A DNA stretch of 64,000 bases from Amoebidium appalachense (lineage: Eukaryota; Protista; Ichthyosporea). Under the pieces are notes generated by a model. It did no database searches, was not told the DNA's origin, and saw nothing but the letters and a program-made list of their open reading frames with translations. This document shows, in pieces, positions 1-17,951 of the stretch. Location: NCBI GenBank assembly GCA_963693365.1, contig CAVNZM010000006.1, positions 4,939,264 through 5,003,263 of the forward strand. The letters are read 5' to 3'. The position numbers and the translations under genes are program-made. How positions within the stretch are numbered: the stretch's first letter is position 1; each line of letters opens with the position of its first letter.

Positions 1-5561
<5,561 letters not shown>

Positions 5562-6535
5562 TCTAGAAATCTGAACTAAAAAGAAAAACGGGCAGAACTA
5601 CTCAGTGTTTATTATGGCTGCCGCAGATTCGAATACGTTATGGCATGCCCGCGATGTTTTGAGCTCTCCTCGATGATGTGTCGCCTAGAAAAAAGAAGAC
5701 GGTGTGTGCTTGTTTTTGCTCAATGTGGACCGTCCGCCTCTGGACCTAAAATTGTGTGTGAAACTGTGCTTATTCGGGAAGTCCGTCAAGAAAAAGGGAT
5801 CAATAACTAATCGATCACCCATGGGGAGCGCCTAAGTTAGCTCGAGCCCTGAATGTGAATAACGACATGCACATTAATAAATAAACGTGTCTTTGCGTGT
5901 CCAGATCCATGTGTTCATGTATGCTTGGTTGGGAACAATGCACGTTCTATGTATTTATGCACCTAGTCCGGCCTTGTGCAAACCGTGGATGGGTATAGTA
6001 TACATATGTTTGTTGCGTGCCCGAGGTCCAACGATAGGTATAGTCACTTTGAAAAGTGGTGGGGAAAAAAACAAACAGGTTTCAAAAACGGGACTCCACA
6101 GAAAGCGACCTTCAACACGGCTGCAGGACCGCGAACATTTTTGTATGTCGTGCTAAATTACTTGTCTCTGTCGGCTACATCTACTTCCCCTCTGACGAGG
6201 TATGTATCTACAACGATGCATCAGGCATGGGTGCGTACGTCACCCTACAACTTACAAATCGTACGAAGTGGGTATAATAATATGACACCCACGAACACGA
6301 GCCGGGACCGTGTATTGAAAAGAAAAAAAAGAAAAGAAAAAAAAAAAAGAAAGAAAAAGAACCTCCTCTTTTCAACAGTAAAAAGCTCGAGGCCAGCAGG
6401 CCTGAGCTATAATAGTGGCGGCCGCGGCTGCCGCGGCCTAGTCACATTTTCAACAGGGTTCGATTTTCCGAAAAAACATTTCGAAATTTCCGAAACTTTT
6501 TGGACGGTTCCCGAAAGACCATGCTAAGGGATCGG

Positions 6536-6579
<44 letters not shown>

Positions 6580-6640
6580 GACCATACCAGGGGGAGGGGG
6601 GGGGGGGGGGAAGGAGGGTGGTGGATTAATAGGTGGGCCC

Positions 6641-6681
<41 letters not shown>

Positions 6682-7634
6682 CCCCCCCCCCCTCCCCCGG
6701 GAACACCGTATCACTGAGGTACGTCCCCTTGCAACCCGAACGGGGTCGTACTATTGGTATAGGGAAGCGTAAGGGCTTGGGCATAATTATATTATTGGTT
6801 ATCTAAGACATGGCATCGTTTACATGTGTTTATGTATGCTGTGAAGCCCGTTTTAAAGAGTTCTGTCAAGTCTATAGACTTTGATCATGTGGATCTTTAT
6901 AATATTAGAATAGTTAGATCTTTTGTCATTACTCAATGGCGAAAGAAGTTCGCCTACTCTGATTGTGAAATTTGTGACGCCGAGAATTGACCGTGCCTTG
7001 ACCTATATTCTGTTGTAAGTTATCGTGAATTTTCGTTTTTTCTCGAGCAAGTGTATCATTTATTGGGGTTTACACACTTTTTATTGCGTGGACATTGCCG
7101 GAGGCCCAGCCACATGCGACGGCCTGCATGCCCCTTCTGCCCTGCGGCACGGTTTCTTTTTCAGAGTTCAGAGGGCCGTGCCTGCGGGCAGATGCATTGA
7201 TATTCGAGTTTTGATTGGTTTCTCAAGTGTAGACAATAAATCCTCCTAGCACTAATCATCAACAAACATCCCCACTTTCACTGAGGATCAATAATTTGAC
7301 TGAAATTATTTAACCAATAATCTGCGATAGAGGTGCAAGTATTGACGGTATACTAAGGAGGCAAGGATAAATAATATCCCTAAAAACATTTCTACGAGTT
7401 AACCAATTTCAAAGGGTGCGTCGGAACTCGGCGGCTGGCGCTGCGCGCGCGCTACTCAGCGGAAAAACTTACAAAAAAAAACTTACATATAGCCTCGAAT
7501 TTCGCACCCCTTGAAGAAAGGATGAATTTATCCTGCTATGGCAAACTAAAATACAACCCATCATCAATATGAACGTGACTAATGTTTTATAAAATGATAA
7601 CCACAGTTCACCGTAAGGAAACTAAATCCAGTCA

Positions 7635-8338
7635 GGAATCTCAAGACTCGGTCAAATGTAAAAAACGAAAATACTTATACTTCTGAATGTCCTCAGCCTA
7701 CCCTCTTTCCACCTGATTCTTCCTCTCGCTATCTCACTCCCTCTTTCTTTTCTCTTCCTGTTTTTTCTGCCTTTTCGCGTCATTACCATACGCAGTATAA
7801 ATTTCTTTCTCGTTCTGATAGAGAAATCAAAGGTAAAACTCAGTCGGCATGTGTTATGTTCCTTAGGCAACACCGTACTGATCATTATCGCTTTTTGGGA
7901 GCTTTGGCAGGATACATTTTAAACAGCGTAAACCCCCATACATTTCTCCTGCTGTACGTATGGATACCACCCTAGTAGATAAGTCTGTATGGTGCTCTGA
8001 TGTTGATATTGCCTGGGAAGTTGTGCAGTGGCGCTGTAATTCTTGTTTTCATCGCCGCTGGTACTACTTTTGTGCTGACCTTTTTAATCGCAAGCATGTT
8101 GATCGGTGTGAATTTTTATGTCGCGTTTTACCTCTTTCCCTCCTGGTATCTGCTACACTAGCTGGCAATGTGAATACTTTAGACTTTTTGTTGAATTCTG
8201 TTGGTCGTCACATTGAGTATTTATATGATTTTCACACAGTGTTCAGGTATCTCAGTATGCACTTGTTACTGGATAACTCGTGAAGTTTTTATTGTCTTCT
8301 CAGTATGCCGTGCATACTTGTCATATCTTTCCGTCGAA
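7635..8338 (+). mobile_element. 5'-truncated, diverged non-LTR retrotransposon fragment (second LINE family)
   Basis: ORF 7960-8283 (VVQWRCN...FNRKHVDRC...NTLDFLLN) aligns by eye with the C-terminus of the 9.8-13.0 kb LINE protein (AIQWRSN...FNRSCIAKC...NILDFILN). It is flanked by the 12-bp direct repeat TAAATCCAGTCA at 7623-7634 and 8339-8350. Confidence 0.75.
7920..7937 (+). mobile_element. 18-nt extreme 5'-truncated insertion of the young LINE (3' terminus only) with an 8-bp TSD
   Basis: TAAACAGCGTAAACCCCC equals the 3' end of the element at 13331-13347. It is flanked by ATACATTT at 7912-7919 and 7938-7945. Removing the insert and one TSD restores the host LINE frame (FLRQHRTDHYRFLGALAGYISPAVRMD). 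Confidence 0.8.
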
Positions 8339-9530
8339 TAAATCCAGTCAAAAGAAAAAAGAAAAAAAATACTTAGATTTGAGCTTGCTCTAGGGGGATT
8401 GAGGTCACACCGTGAGTGAATTGCCAGTAGTAGCTAAGTGAAGTTACGAAGTTAGTACGGTCCTTGCTTCCCGCCGTTTTTCAGTGATGTCCGGTAAACT
8501 CTATGCATAGAAAGAATTCCATGTAAAATCCATGGGGGAGGAAACCGTTTGCAATTGTCCTTGGGCAGAGAGAAACTACATGTCTTGCATAGTGAATTCG
8601 CGCAATCCGCATAGTAGCTGCGCAGAAAACCGCACATCGCATGTACACTGTCGGTAACAGTACACTGCACATATGGATGCACACAAACACACCAAAACCA
8701 CTTGACGTCCAGTCCCACAAAGAGTTAGTAGACACAACAAATACACATAATACTTTGAACATATATAGCACGTGTTGCACACGAGAGTGCAAGCCTTGTA
8801 GCACCACACAATTCAATCGGAAAAAGGATTCACTGATCACTCACACGCATTCACCGACTCGGACTCCCCGTGGACTGTGTGGCTGTGGGCGGCACACGAA
8901 AAAAAAAGTACGTAACGTACAGTCGTACACACCGCTACACATTATGTCGGTAAACCACCCACCAACTATTTAACTAATAAGCAAGGCCCAGAGCACGGGC
9001 GACCAGCTTTAGACAGCTCAAGAATGGCATTGCCTTGCCGAAGTTCAACCCATCAGCACAAACGCCCCCCCCCCCCCCCCCCCCCCCCACATCTAATAGT
9101 ATATATCCCTTATCCCAGTCTAGGTACACGCACGATATATCCATCCATTTAACCTCAATATGTCATTACTGAAACAATAACATGGCCGTCTATAGCATAA
9201 TTAATTCTTAAGCTTGATGCCGCCCGGTCCTCCATCAACCCCACATCGATCCCTGCCTTCCAACATTTGCTCGTGAGCCGTTAAATGAGCCTGAAAATAT
9301 AAATGTTTTTTTATATAGGATTCATAGCGGTATATTGCACCGTTGGCGCACTCACAAAGGTGTACTTTTATAGTGAAGACACACTGCTCTTAGTGCATGG
9401 CACTGTCATAGGCACGCACATACAGGTTTCACACGTGCATACCCCCCCTCCCCCCCCCCCCCCCCCCCCCCCCGCCCCACTCACACACACGTACACACAC
9501 AATGCACGCACACGCACAAACACAAACACA

Positions 9531-9638
<108 letters not shown>

Positions 9639-9754
9639 ACACACACACACGACACCTTTCCTTTGCCAACATGAACACTGAAAAAACGAGAGTTGCTCTG
9701 TACTACTCTAAGACTGCCGTGACTAACAATCTTCGCCTTTGCAGGTGACACTAT

Positions 9755-12700
9755 CTGTTCGCGCTGGCGGAAGGTCGTGCATACGACCCCGTAAGCGACA
9801 AGTGGGAACCAACCCCACAGGTGTCGGACCAAACCGATGCCTAATTTATCCTTCTTCTTCTGGAATGCTCGGACACTGGGCCCCCAAAAGGGCCTCCCCC
9901 CCCGGGACACTCGACGATAAAATCAGCTACATACAACAACAGACAAACAACCACACGTTTACAGTGATTTGCGAAACACAGTTTAAAAACCACCACAAAT
10001 TCAACTCTACATTGGTCGACACATCCACACACCCCGGTTACGCGAAAAACCGAGGCATTATTGTACTTGCCGCACCACACGTGAGAGTGAAGTGCAAACC
10101 GGTAGCAAAAACGGAATTCTCGGTTTCTATAGAGTTTCTTTCTAATGTTTTTACTTTTGTATATTACCCACCATCTATGTCGGTTGTCGAATTGACTCAC
10201 GAGTTGTCACAGTTACCAATGTCCACTGTTATTTTAGGTGATTTTAACACGCGACTCCACCACACAGACACACTGCAAGTGAGTGTCGGGTACCCATCTA
10301 AGCCCCCGGAGCGTGCTATCCCTTTAGCAAGGTATGTCCAAAGTCACACTTTGCGGTTCCCTCAAATATCCCATGCCCACAACACCGACTGGGGAGTGGC
10401 CTTTTGGCCATCAACCATGTCAAAACTCTCTCTCCCTCCTAACCTCTCTAGGTCATCTGACCACTCTCCTATCCTTTTCCTACCTAAGATCTCCCTTGAT
10501 CTGCTCCCCCCTCCCCCTCCCACCTTTCGCCTCCGTCTATCCCAGCTTAAGTCACAGTGGGGTAGAGTTGATGTATGTGTATGCTATGCTACGAAACACC
10601 CTATATATATGCGCCTATTAGAATCTGCACAAGCCAGGCCAGATTCACATCTCGTACTAGATACATGCACTAACTTTATTGTTGATGATTTGATAGATCT
10701 CGGTGATTATGCTGGCGGTGGTAGGAAGGAATATCCCGATGCTCTCTTGTTACCAAACACCACTCCCGCTAGACTAGGTGAACCCCTGTCTCAAAAGGAA
10801 AGCTTGCGCCGGCTTGCTAGTATGAATCGATTTGGCCCCCCTGCTCGTATTATTGGTGATACCACTGGAGACCCCCTCATAGACTCTGATAAGTATTTCT
10901 CGGAACTGTTTAAAGATAGGACCCCCGCTCAGAAACCTATTGTGTGGCCTGTAGACCCATCTATCCCCATAGAATCGATCCTCCCCTTTTTCAGTCCCGA
11001 TGCCATATGGTCTGTGATATCTAGTTATAGCTCTAGTAAGTCTTGTGGACCTGATGGACTCCCTGCTGGGTTTCTTAAAATCCTTGTTCCCTCCTACCCA
11101 CAAAAGGAAAGTGATCGTGCTATTAAACCTGATCTTACTATCATGTTAAGCTCTCTCTTTTCTTGGTGTGTTAAATGTGGACATGTCCCGTCATCTTGGT
11201 TAGATACCTTAGTGATCCCCATAGTTAAGAAGGACTCTGAGGGCCCCATATCATCCTTTCGCCCCATTACACTAACCCAGGTTGTTCGTAGATTCTTTGA
11301 AGCTTGCTTACTTAGGTTATTTGCACATCACCCTAGGTTTCAATCTATTCTTCACATACACCCATGCCAATCCGCTTTTCGTAAAAACAATTCATGTTAT
11401 GTTCAAATAATGGCACTGCACGATTCTATGCAAGTTGGTGCACAATATGTTGGCTTTATTGATTGGAAAACTGCTTACGATTCTGTCTCCCCTGGTCTCC
11501 TATGGGAAAAGCTTGCTGCACGGGGTGTACCACACTGCATTGGTGTTCTGTTAGAAGCACTCTTGTCTCAAACCTATGGTAGAGCTGTGGTTAATGGGCA
11601 TCTTTCATATGGTTTTGCTCGTACTAGAGGTCTCTTGCAGGGTTCATTGCTTAGCCCCTTTTTGTTTAACCTATTTATAGATGATTTGGCTGTCAAGATT
11701 TACGCCGAAAACGATGACCCTATTAATAACTTTCCGCCTGCACTTCTCTATGCTGATGATCTGTCCCTCCTTGCCCGTACCCCTAGACGCCTGCAAAGAT
11801 TGTTCGATGTAGTGTCAGAGTGGTGCAAGGCAAACCTTATGATCCTTAACATAGACAAATGTGGTGTTCTTGTACCTGATATAGCTAACAATTTACACAC
11901 ATTTACATTATCATCTAAACCTGTACCTATAGTTCCAGAATACAAATATCTTGGTGTTCCGGTTGATTCTGTTGGTGTTATGTTTCCCCATATGGTCGAA
12001 AAGAGGGTAGAGTTGGCTCGTAAGCGGTTAGCTTTCTTCTCGGCTAATATTTTTAAAGACACACCCCTCCATCCTTCTATTAGACTTACATTTATTCGCA
12101 CTTTTGTCTTCCCGGCATGTGAATATGGTTTACCCCTTCTCGCCGCTTGGATCAAGAAAGAGAGAACTAGAGCGCTTAAACCCTTGGCAAATTTCCTTGA
12201 AGCAGAAGTTGCCTCCTTTCTATCTAACAACTGTTGTAAACCTGGGCCTGTAACGCTCTCGATATATGGTCTGGTCCCAATAGCTGCTAGAGTATCCTAT
12301 CTCGCGCTGAAATTCAATAAGCACATAAGCCGCTTAAAGAAGTATTTGCCCTCCCACCCTCTCTTCTCTATCCGACCTGTCCCCTCCTCACCTCTCCCCT
12401 CTTTCCTCCCCTCTCTCTCCCCTTCTCCCCTGGGCACAAATACAAATAAACCCCGCAATAGTGTGTGTGTGACTTTGGACTGCCACTTACTTATTAAACA
12501 TGTACACAATCACAAGATAATCACGCAATATAACAAATGGAAAAAGATACCACACGACACTAGACCCGATGAAAGCATACACCTTGAAAAACTAAGCCTT
12601 ATGTCTCGTTTTATATATACTGACCGCCTCAACCATATTGCCAAATATGGCACTCGCAAGTGTATAACACCTAAATACATATTACCTTCCTGTAGAACTG

Positions 12701-13040
12701 GTCTTTCTCTAGCTGATGGCATTATTGATCAATTACCACGCTTTTACTGTACACGTGCTATACAGTGGAGATCTAATAAGTATAAGGTGGCATCATTTGC
12801 ATGCCCAAACAACACACACACACACCAGTTTAACCGGTCATGTATCGCCAAATGTAGTTTGATAGACCACATAATACCGCAACACACACACGTCACATTC
12901 ACAACAGACACCCAGAAAGATAGCCTACCTGTAAATTACAACATCCTTGATTTTATACTAAACACGCGTAACTACGACCTGTTTATTAGATGTATTGATT
13001 GGCTTGAGAAACACATCACTACAAAATTATAGCGCACGCG

Positions 13041-13072
<32 letters not shown>

Positions 13073-13347
13073 CACACACAACCAGCTGATACCGAGTGTC
13101 CCGAGGGGAGCCCCTTTAAAAAAAATAAAAAAAAAAAAAAAAAAAAAAAAAACGGGGAACCCCAACTAATTGATTTCTCCTTGTAGTCTTTATGGTGTCT
13201 CGTAGAGAAAGTAAACCCTGATATATAGTCACCACCCGACATCTATGTACGTGATCATGATATACCGCTGAGGGGATATTCCGAGCAAACCCCCCCCCCC
13301 CTACCTGAGACTGGTTCTCTTTGCCTCGAGTAAACAGCGTAAACCCC
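9755..13347 (+). mobile_element. Full-length single-ORF non-LTR retrotransposon (APE endonuclease + RT), oligo(C)-ended, 8-bp TSD
   Basis: TSD GACACTAT at 9747-9754 and 13348-13355. The element has an 82-nt 5' UTR and a ~315-nt 3' UTR with a (CA)n tract and an internal A-run, ending ...GTAAACAGCGTAAACCCC. It is near-identical to the copy at 56167-59033. Confidence 0.95.
9837..13032 (+). CDS. LINE ORF: APE-like endonuclease, reverse transcriptase and C-terminal Cys/His region
   Basis: ATG 9837 gives MPNLSFFFWNARTL (the APE N-terminal WN motif). A +1 shift near the C-run at ~9896-9903 joins it to the long ORF. Endonuclease motifs: ICETQ, ILGDFN, SDHSPI. RT motifs: SCGPDG, FRPITL, FIDWKTAYDSV, GLLQGSLLSPFLFNLFIDDL, YADD, YKYLG. 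Confidence 0.93.
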
Positions 13348-13977
13348 GACACTATTTCATCTCGAGTACTTTCATTTTCTGTCTGACGACGTCAATATTA
13401 CTTCAACACTCTGCCGCTACAGACACACATTCTACCATAAAGGTTGGCACCAAAAAATGGGCTCCCCTAACCTGCCGCGTGGGCTAATTGCTTTAATCAT
13501 CGGAATCTTATCATAGTCAGTTTCCGCGACAGTGCCCAAAGTCGACGTCGTAGTGGAAAATGAACTGGCCGGGACGCATGGGGACAGTATGCAAACAGAC
13601 TGTGCAGCACGCCAGAAATAGACCAGGCCGATACGGTGCATGGCAGCTGCTGGTGACGGTCTACTGCCGGTGGTTTTGGCGGTGGACGAAAAAGAAATCC
13701 CTTAGGGTCGGAGCCACTGGACCTTCCTCTAAGGGGCACAGCGAAATATGCCGTGTTACCGAGGGAGCAGTTAAAGAACGGGTGGGAAGATGCACACATT
13801 ACGCTGCGCACAGTGGTCATGTGGAATCCATTCACTAGGCCGGGCACGGAACCCTTCCAGAGGGAAATGGTCAAACTGCTTCAGGTGTGGACATGTTACT
13901 CCCCGACCCCTACACACACACACGCACACACACACACACGCGCGCGCACGCGCGCACACACCCACACACACGCACAC

Positions 13978-14015
<38 letters not shown>

Positions 14016-14095
14016 ACAATATCTGCACACACGCGCGCACGCGTGCGTTTGCGCCCCTGATCATAGTACCTGTCCTCTCTCTCTCTCTCTCTCTC

Positions 14096-14130
<35 letters not shown>

Positions 14131-14232
14131 ATGCAACCGGGCATGGTTGCTCTGTGTCGTGCATCTGTAAGCACATACCCTTTTTTCGCTGCACTGCATT
14201 AGTTTGCACACACATCTTCACCGTTTCGCTCA

Positions 14233-14532
14233 CCTTGCTTGCATAAGCAACCCTGCTCGTCTTTGATCAAGACGGGTTGACCTGCCCAAGTTCAGTTGAT
14301 GCTGCTGTCTGAGTTGGAGCGTCGTATATACGCGGGCTAAGGGGTCGAAACTCAGACGCAATTGATGACTTGGGTCCTCCCTGAGGATGGGCTCTGCTTA
14401 TGACGTATACTGTGCACATGGCTGATGTTGCATACTTGAATGTTTGCCTTTGTATGTGTCCTGCACCATGCTTCTCGTCGTGTATGCGTACTTCGTACCG
14501 TGTTCCGCATTCAAACCCCCCCCCCCCCCCCC
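14233..14532 (+). mobile_element. Non-coding C-tailed retroposon (SINE-like or LINE 3' UTR), copy a
   Basis: Shares GCATAAGCAACCCTGCTCGTC..GATCAAGACGGG, GGTCGAAACTC, CCTGAGGATGGGCTCTGCTTAT and the 3' end GCATTCAAAC(n) with the other copies. It may extend 5' to ~14131. Confidence 0.75.
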
Positions 14533-14777
14533 TCCCCCCGGCACGCTTGCAGGTCTCTTGAGGGCTACACCCGGTCATATTCCATCCCCGCCCTTACAGC
14601 CTGGGTGTCCGTGACGTCACCTGCCTTTTTGGGCGTTGCTATTTTTAGCATGCTGGTGGTGGGGGGGGCCTGCGGCATCTCTTTCCAGATCTACAAAGTG
14701 CCCAGTCAGTACCAGGAGGCTAAGCTCATAGCAGTCATAGTCTACCTGACAGGTGGGGAACATACCTCTTCCCCCCC

Positions 14778-14909
14778 GATGACGTGGGCCCCCCCTGAGG
14801 ATGGGCTCTGCTTATTATGCATACTCTTTATGTATGGCTTGCATTCTGCATCGTGTTATCCGTTTGTTCTTGTGTACTTCGTACTTTTTGACGCATTCAA
14901 ACCCCCCCC
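14778..14909 (+). mobile_element. C-tailed retroposon, 5'-truncated copy b
   Basis: Matches by eye the reverse complement of ~48610-48737 and ~54415-54543. Ends ACGCATTCAAAC8. Confidence 0.8.
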
Positions 14910-15152
14910 GCCCACCCACCCACACACACACACACACACCACCACCACTTAACACAACACACATACAGATAGAGACACACACCCACCCACACACACACAC
15001 ACACCTAACCCAGCCCCCCCTAACGTCTCCTCCCCTCTCCTCTCCCCCCCCCCCCCCCCACACACACACACACACGCACACACATGCACACACAGCCCAG
15101 GTCTCTTCCTCTCCCCTCCCCCTCCCCTCCCACATATACACACACAAATACA

Positions 15153-15237
<85 letters not shown>

Positions 15238-15264
15238 GCTCACAAACGCACACAAACATAACAC

Positions 15265-15314
<50 letters not shown>

Positions 15315-15432
15315 TACACACACACACCAAAAAAAAAAACACAAAACACACAGAACATACTAACACAGCCCCGGAGGGCTTCGAGAAACAGAGGGAGCCA
15401 CAGCCAAAAAACAAAAATACGGGGGGGAGGAA

Positions 15433-15466
<34 letters not shown>

Positions 15467-16143
15467 GGAAGAGAGGAAAGAAAAAAACAGGGAATTACAC
15501 ATATATTGCAGTTCAAACACACGTTGGTGTATTGTTTAGCCCGACATGCTCACCACCAATGTTGATATCAAACGAACCTATACCTACCGATCATAGCCAT
15601 TATCTCTCACTCCAAAATTTCCCATTGAACCCCCCCAGGGCTGCTGTGTGTGTGCATCGGGCCGATGGTGGCTGCCGTCGACAGCGCCGCCGCCCGCTAC
15701 TCCCTCGTTTCTGTCTCACTCTTTCTTGGCATCACCGTGGCCGTGTGCGTTATGTTTGTGCCCAAATTGCAATCGCGCATGGGCCAGGCGAAAAACCAGA
15801 TCTCAAAGCAGATAACAAAGTGTATGTCTATCGATAAGCTTCCATCGAGGGGCCTATCAGAGAGGGGGGGGTTAAACCGTAAAAGTGGCTCCGAAGGAAA
15901 TGTGATTTTATCGGGGGCTGCAGATGTGCTGATTCGACACGGTAAGTATCCCCTTGCTTGCTCGAAAAATCATAGGCCGCCCGCTCCGGACCCTCCCCAC
16001 CTTTTCCCCCGAACCCTTTCCTGGGCAAATAAAAACACAAACCAAATCATGTTTCCCCTTCACGCTTAGCGCATCATTGCTGGGAAAAGAGAATTAAAAA
16101 GAAGCATCGACCTTTAACAAGAGGGGGGGGGGGGGGGGGGGAT

Positions 16144-16174
<31 letters not shown>

Positions 16175-16971
16175 CAGAGAGAGAGAGAGAAGGGGGGGGG
16201 GGGGGGGGGGGGGAGAGAGAGAGAGAGAGAGAGAGAGACGGGGGTGGGGGAGAGGGAAGGGGGGGGGGAGAGAGAGAGAGAGAGGGAGGGGGAGAGAGAG
16301 AGAGAGAGAGAAGAGAGGGATGGGGGGTGGGAGAACATTCGCGATGTGATGAACATGCAGATGCCTTCTGCCTAGTAACGGAGAGGTGGGTAGGACTGCA
16401 AAGGGGGGGGGGAGAAGGCCGAGAAAGGTGGGCATGTGTGTGGGTGACGGTGACTGGGGAGGGGATCTCAAAGAGCAATGGGTAGACTGACCTTAAATTT
16501 GCGACTTTCTCAGTGAATGCAAAGTCGACCAAGGCAACAAAAGGTCTCCAAATAGGAGCTGGGGGGGATTCAATTGAGTCGGACCCCCCCGGACACAGCG
16601 CAATTCTGAGCTATCACAGCCAGGGATCGTCTTTTGTGCCTGAAATCTCAGATTTGGAGGAGCTTATGCGAGAGGTCGAGGAATTGGAAAAAACTGAGCA
16701 ACAATTGGTCGAAATGGCGGACGAAAGGGAGACGACGCTTTTGGCCCTGGCAGCTGAAAGGGGCGCACCAATGGATCTCCTGAACGTTTAGCCTTTTTTG
16801 GTAGGGGTCGAACTGAGATTTTGGTCTCCCCCCTCCCCCCCCCCCCGGCCCCCTTTTTTTTATAATTTTTTTTTATTTTAGTAGTGCCAAACACTAGGCA
16901 GTAACACGTCTTTGTGAATCTGATAGCCGGGGTGAAATGGGTAGGGGCTTTTTCTCCCGAACTAGTGATAG

Positions 16972-17002
<31 letters not shown>

Positions 17003-17915
17003 TTTTTTTTGCTCTTTCATATTGCCCGGGGGTGGAGAGGGAGAGGGGGCATATAAGGTCTGTACGTGATCTTGATGGATATTATGCACGTATGATACAG
17101 GATCGTAAAATAGTTCACATTCTTGAGTTTAAATAAGAGGCTATATTTTGAACCCTTTACTACTCACACACACACTTGGACAATTTGAGAATATGGTCTG
17201 TTACCGCCCTGGTACAGTAGTTCTATACATGCATATCATGACTGAGTATAATAAACACCAAACTTACATAGGGAGATACATACATATCTCCACACATCCA
17301 CACACACACACACACACGTATGCATAATAATGCTATAGTGTATGTCTACACTACATATATCATAGCCGCAAAGAGCATATTAGTGCCTGTGTTTTTCACC
17401 TTGCCTGCTTACAGTACGTATGAAATGCTAACGATTTCACAAATAAACTCTCTTGGTGTCAATTTATCTGGCTGGCAGTGCAATGAACGCATACAGCTAA
17501 ATACGTCATGCCCTTACAACAAATACCGTAACGGCGAAAATCATGGGAACTTCAGGAAAACGTACCGTGGGTACATCCATACGTGTGTGCGGAGGACTGT
17601 GGCTGAGGAGCCTCGGAAGAGCCCCCCCCCCCCCCCCTTGTTGGAGCACTTTGGCTACTACCTAAGGGGGTCATTTTTGTTTGAAATATATTCTGCGTGT
17701 TTTTGTTGTGGGGGAGGGGAGGGGGGGGGGGGGGGGGGGGGGGGTTATGATACCCCCTGATGGTCGACTCTTTCTGCCACCACCCTACTCAAATCAGGGG
17801 TCAATGTGCCTTCTCCCCCCCCCCCCCCCTCCCCCCTTGGGTGGGTGTGTGTGTGTGGGGGGGGGGGGGGGGGGGGGGGGATTGGATGGAAAAGAGGAGC
17901 TGAGCTACTGCGGGG

Positions 17916-17951
<36 letters not shown>

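Larger units (their letters stand above)
13457..16791 (+). pseudogene. Second class C GPCR paralog, disrupted (premature stop, frameshifts, missing middle exons)
   Basis: Exon 13457-13884 (MGSPNLPRGLIALIIGILS*...WGQYANRLCS...LLPVVLAVD...KYAVLP...VVMWNPFTRPGTEPFQREMVKLLQ) is homologous to exons 1-2 of the 1-5561 gene. Exons 14553-14752 (YKVPSQYQEAKLIAVIVY, the class C ICL3/TM6 motif), 15639-15941 (TM7 CVMFVPKL) and 16514-16791 (coiled-coil-like tail) are in phase with each other. Most of the ectodomain and TM1-4 are absent, and the phases at 13884 and 14553 do not match. Confidence 0.75.

Noticed and set aside
9739-9836. ORF-track start of the LINE protein at 9739
   Set aside because: It is a non-ATG start that lies outside the TSD-defined element. 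The APE WN motif is in the frame starting at ATG 9837.
13118-13152. A-run as the LINE poly(A) tail
   Set aside because: Both long copies continue a further ~195 nt in common, and the TSDs abut the terminal C-run.
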